Shown here in pieces: positions 59,621-64,000 of a stretch of DNA of 64,000 nt. The stretch lies in the NCBI RefSeq assembly GCF_009914755.1, contig NC_060928.1, one strand, 5' to 3'. The notes beneath the pieces are model-generated. The model did not search any database and had not been told where the DNA came from. It saw nothing but the letters and a program-made list of their open reading frames with translations. The stretch's first letter is position 1; every line of letters starts with the position of its first letter. A program made the position numbers and the translations under genes. This DNA is from the human T2T-CHM13v2.0 reference genome, Homo sapiens.

Positions 59621-59696
59621 TGAAACTACCTTTGCAAAATTATAACTGAGACAGTGAAAGAGATCTGACCTAACCAACTCAATCTTGCTTCTAACC
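59621..59696 (+). mobile_element. 5' 76 bp of an LTR8-family LTR
   Basis: TGAAACTACCTTTGCAAAATTATAACTGAGACAGTGAAAGAGATCTGACCTAACC. Confidence 0.8.
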
Positions 59697-61365
59697 TGTT
59701 GACTGTGGTCACCCTGTTGTACTATCAAATACTAGATCTTATATATTCTTTCTAACTATATTTTTGTACCTATTAACCATCCCCACATCCTCTACTCTCC
59801 CACTACACTTCCCAGCCACTGATAGCCATAATTCTACTCTCTATCTTTGTGAGTTCAGTTGTTTTAATTTTTTTAGCTTCCACAAATAAGTGCAAACATG
59901 TGAAGTTCATATTTCTGTGCCTGGCTTATTTCACTAAACGACCTCAAGTTCCATCCATGTTGTTGCAAATGACAGGATTTCATTCTTTTGATGGCTGAAT
60001 AGTACTCCATTGTGTATATGTACCACATTTTCTTTATCCATTCATCTGTTGATGTACACTTAGGTTGCTTCCAAATCTTGGTGATTATGAGTAGTACTGC
60101 AGCAAACATGGTAGTGCAGATATCTCTTCGGTGTACTGATTTCCTATCTTTTGGGTATATACATAGCACTGGGATTGCTGGGTCAGGGGTAGGTATATTT
60201 TTATTTTACTGAGGAAACTCCAACCTATTCTCCATAGTGGTTGTACTAATTTACATTCCCGTAAACAGTGTATGAGTGTTCCCTTTTCTGCATATCTTTG
60301 CCAGCATTTGTTATTGCCTGTCTTTTGGATAAAAGCCATTTTAACTGGGATGAGATGATATCTCATTGTAGTTTTGATTTGCATCTCTTGGATGATCAAT
60401 GATGTTGAGCACCTTTTCCTATACCTCTTTGCATTCAATGTTATTATTGATAAGTAAGGAATACTCCTGCCATTTTGTTATTTGTTTCTGGTTGTTTTGA
60501 GCTCTTCTCTTCCTTTTTGTATTCCTTTTAGTGAAGGTGATGTTCTCTGGTAATATGTTTTAATTGCTTTCTTTTTACTTTTTGTGTATCTGTTGTATGT
60601 TTTTTGATTTGAGGTTGCCATGAGGCTTGCAAATAATACCTTATAACTCATTATTTTAAAGTGATGGCAACTTAACATAAACAAACAAACCAACAAGCAA
60701 AGAGAAAACTAATAAAAATTCTACACTTTAACTTCACATTAATGCGTAGTAAGAAATTATATGAAGGTACGAAACTCTCTTGTCTACTCTGACTATATTT
60801 TCAAACAGCTTGTCTTCAAGCTCACTAATTCTTTCTTCTCTTTGATCAATTCTGCTGTTAAGAGACTCTGGTTTATTCTTCACTATGTCAGTTGCACTTT
60901 TCAGCTCTAGATTTTCTGCTTGTTTCTTTTTATTTCAATATCTTTCTTAAATTTATCTCACAGGATTCTGAATTCCTTCTCTGTGTGTTTTCTTGGATTT
61001 TACTGAGCTTCCTCGAAACAGTTATTTTGAATTCTCTGTCTGAAAGATCACATATCTTGGCCTCTCCAGGATTGGTCTCTGGTGCCTTATTTACTTTGTT
61101 TGGTGAGGTCATGTTTTCCTGGATGGTCTGGATGCTTGTGGATGTTTGTTGATGTCTGGGCATTAAAGAGTTGGGTATTTATTATAGTCGTTGCGGTTTG
61201 TGTTTATTTGTATTTGTACCCAACCTTCTTGGGAAGGCTTTCCAGGTATTCAAAGAAACTTTGGTGTTGTAATCTGAGTCTTTGGTCACTGCAGCCGTAG
61301 CTTCTTTAGGGGTAGCCCCAAGCCCAGTAATGCTGTGGCTCTTTCAGACTTGTAGAGGTATCATC
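59697..61365 (-). mobile_element. L1MA-type element with large internal deletions (3' UTR/ORF2 end fused to ORF2 start, inter-ORF and ORF1 start)
   Basis: ORF track: [22 protein letters not shown] (ORF2 C-terminus) and IQENMTSPNKVNKAP...DLSDREFKI (ORF1 N-terminus). Confidence 0.85.
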
Positions 61366-62739
61366 TTGCTTCCAACCTATTCTGTTTCAATATGTCCCCA
61401 GTAAGCCCCTGAACTAATCCTGTCTTTTTTGGAGGCCTTCTCTGACTGTTTCTCTTCTCTCCATGCTACTAACAAGGTTAAAAACTGGGTCATGCCTAAA
61501 GTCCCTTCCACTGAGCCTCTATGAATATTATTCATGCTTGGTTAGTAACTTCCCACAAATGATTAAAGCTTCCATTAGTGCAAGATTTGTGTTGTAATAT
61601 GTTCAGTCTTCAAGGAAATATGTTTTTAAGCAACAATTCAGTCTGCTTTTTAGTTTCCAAATGATTTCTAGGAATCAGAAGCATCATGAGACTGCTCTAG
61701 TAGTTGAAGCTTCAACTACATTATATCCTTTGACTTTATTTCAATGGCTTCCAATCAACCAATAAGTATTTACCAAGTGATGCCATGATGGGTAGCAAAG
61801 GACATGCATTACCCAGCCCTAAAAATAATTGCCTTCTGGTCATGAAAATCAAATTAACAGTGAGAGGCAAAAAAAAAAAAATGCAATTTGAGTGATACTG
61901 ATGAGTAGTGCAGAGTGGCTCAGAAAAAGGACAGATAATATGATCTGCGTGAATCAGCAAGACCTCGTGAAAAGAGCATAGGGTCTCAAGTTAAATCAAA
62001 GGGTGAATAGGATTAGGAAGGATAGGGTAGGAGGGAGAGCACTGCAGTCAATAGGAACAGCATAAGCAAAAGCACGGACATTTTCCTGAGGAATTCTATT
62101 TAGAGGACAAAATTCTCCAGCCTTCAGCCTTTTCCTCCTTTCCTCCAAAATGCATGGTTGCCTGGCCCTCATGGGGATCTAAAAGTACCCTAAACCTGAA
62201 ATTTGAGATAATATGTGGAAGTCTACCCCTGAAATAGTAATGAGCAATCTCTTGGTTTCTCTACTATATTTTGAAGAAAATAAATGAACAAATGTCAGAT
62301 TCAAATAGATCCCTCAAGAAGGATAATTTTAGTTGACTGGAAGCCTGTCTGGGCACGTACAAGCACACAGATATCAGTTACCTTTGGTTACTGAAGAAGA
62401 GCAGGTGTCTAAACAAAGCTGCTGCTAGTCAAACTAAATTAAAATGACATTGCACTCCTCCACAGCCCTCAGGATTAGTGAGCGTGCAGCAAGCCCAAGA
62501 GCGCCTTCCTTACAGATGGCTTTTGAGGACACCTGTACTTAGTTAACTGCCACAGTCAATGGCTACATCTGAGCCTGACATTTTGTCTCAAAAGGATCAC
62601 AAAGCTGTAATGGTACAATACTGTTGAGCTTAGAACCTGTGAAAAGTGACTGCAGGTCATTTGTCCCAGGTTTTGGCGACTTCTGGCACATTGTTAGGTC
62701 TCTCTTATCTCCAACTTAATTCCTAGTAAGTTAAGCAAA

Positions 62740-63760
62740 CGTACAACTTACTATTTCTTTGCAATTACTTTTCCAATTTGTCAAAACATGTCTAGTGAGC
62801 ACTCACTCTGGGAAAGGCTCTCTGCCAAATGTTTGAGGGAAGAAGGAAAACAAAGAAGAATGAGTCAATTGATGCCCTTAAAGAGTGTAAAATCTCTTGT
62901 GGCTACATACAAGAAATACAAGCTACATAGGGCAGAGTAAGGCTAAGACTGTAAGAGATACAGAATATGCTAAGGGAGACGGGCTGGAAGGATCAACTTT
63001 GAGAGGTCTCTAGGATGATTCCTCATAGGTATCTTTTGGCAATATTCTTCTGGATTGGCTGGGAAGAGAAATGTTCTAAGACAACAGAAGACAATAAATA
63101 AAAGGAGGCACAAGAATATACTGGCCAGGCACAGTGGCTCACGCCTGTAATCCCAGCACTTTGGAAGGCCGAGGCGGGCAGATCACTTGAGGTCATGAGT
63201 TGGAGACCAGCCTGGCCAACATGGCAAAACCCCATCTCTACTAAAAACACAAAAATTAGCCAGGCATGGTGGTGCACAGCTGTAGTCCTAGCTACTCAGG
63301 AGGCTGAGGAAAGAGAATTGTTTGAACCTGAAAAGCAAAAGTTGCAGTGAGTCAAGATTGTGCCACTGCACTCCAGCCTGGGTGACAGGGCAAGACTTCA
63401 TCTCAAAAAAAAAAAAAGAATACACAAATGCATGATGTATTTGGAAAATAAGGAGGAGCCTTGTGTACCTGGAGAGAATATAATGAAAAAAGACATTTAA
63501 AATGTAGTTTGAAACTAGATGATAAGGAAATTAAAAGCCAAACTAAGGAAATATAATTTTTTTCGATGTATAAATAATAAGGAGTTATTCAAAGTTTTGA
63601 GCAGGAGACTGTAGTATAATCATATGTGGGCATTAGTTTGCTAGCAGGAATGTGAATAATGAAATGGAGACTTTTTTAAAAGGCCAGTTGAAACCAGACT
63701 CCATATTCCTAGAGTAAGATGATAGAGGCCTGACCTCATCCAGAAACATTAAGAATGACC
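62740..63760 (-). mobile_element. L2 fragment split by an Alu
   Basis: CAAAACATGTCTAGTGAGCACTCACTCTG...AAAGTTTTGAGCAGGAGA. Bounds approximate. Confidence 0.5.
63123..63415 (+). mobile_element. AluSx-like
   Basis: TSD AAGAATA(T/C)AC at 63112-63121 and 63416-63425. Confidence 0.94.
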
Positions 63761-64000
63761 AAAACGAAGCAGATGCAATCTGTCCGCCAAGGTGCAGAGA
63801 GGAGCAGAGGATGGCTCCAACTTTCCGGCTTGAGTTGGTGTTTGCATGCCATGCTCCACAACACTTTTCATCTGCATCCCATCCTATGGAATAGGTCTGC
63901 AACCTATTTCCATTCACCAATAAAGAAATACATAGTTGCAGACCTTCTGAATCTGCCCAGACCAGAATTAACTATTAGTAGATGAAGACCAGTAAAGAAT

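Overview
Primate (almost certainly human) intergenic or intronic DNA dominated by interspersed repeats. I find no supportable host protein-coding exon, canonical RNA gene, CRISPR array or prokaryotic feature. The long ORFs in the track are L1 ORF1/ORF2 remnants, and the rest are Alu/LTR-derived or chance ORFs. Layout: (1) 1-6360, the 5' part of a minus-strand ERV1 provirus (MER41A LTR plus internal region) carrying two Alus and a nested MER11 solo LTR. (2) 6.4-35.7 kb, old MIR/L2/MaLR/DNA-transposon debris, Alus and a few unique stretches. (3) 35.7-43.1 kb, one MLT1 LTR split by THE1, MST and a full-length L1PA3-like element. (4) 45.0-51.9 kb, an older full-length L1PA head-to-head with that element. 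(5) 52-64 kb, ERV1 LTRs, L1M and L2 fragments. I see no convincing new biological system. The most notable signals are a triplicated LTR-end/primer-binding-site module and a tRNA-Glu-like cassette in the ERV, an identical 24-bp deletion in two unrelated neighbouring Alus, an array of perfect 30-bp palindromes, a three-site AP-1 cluster and several repair scars. Subfamily names come from recalled consensus sequences and need RepeatMasker/Dfam confirmation. Boundaries of old repeats are approximate.
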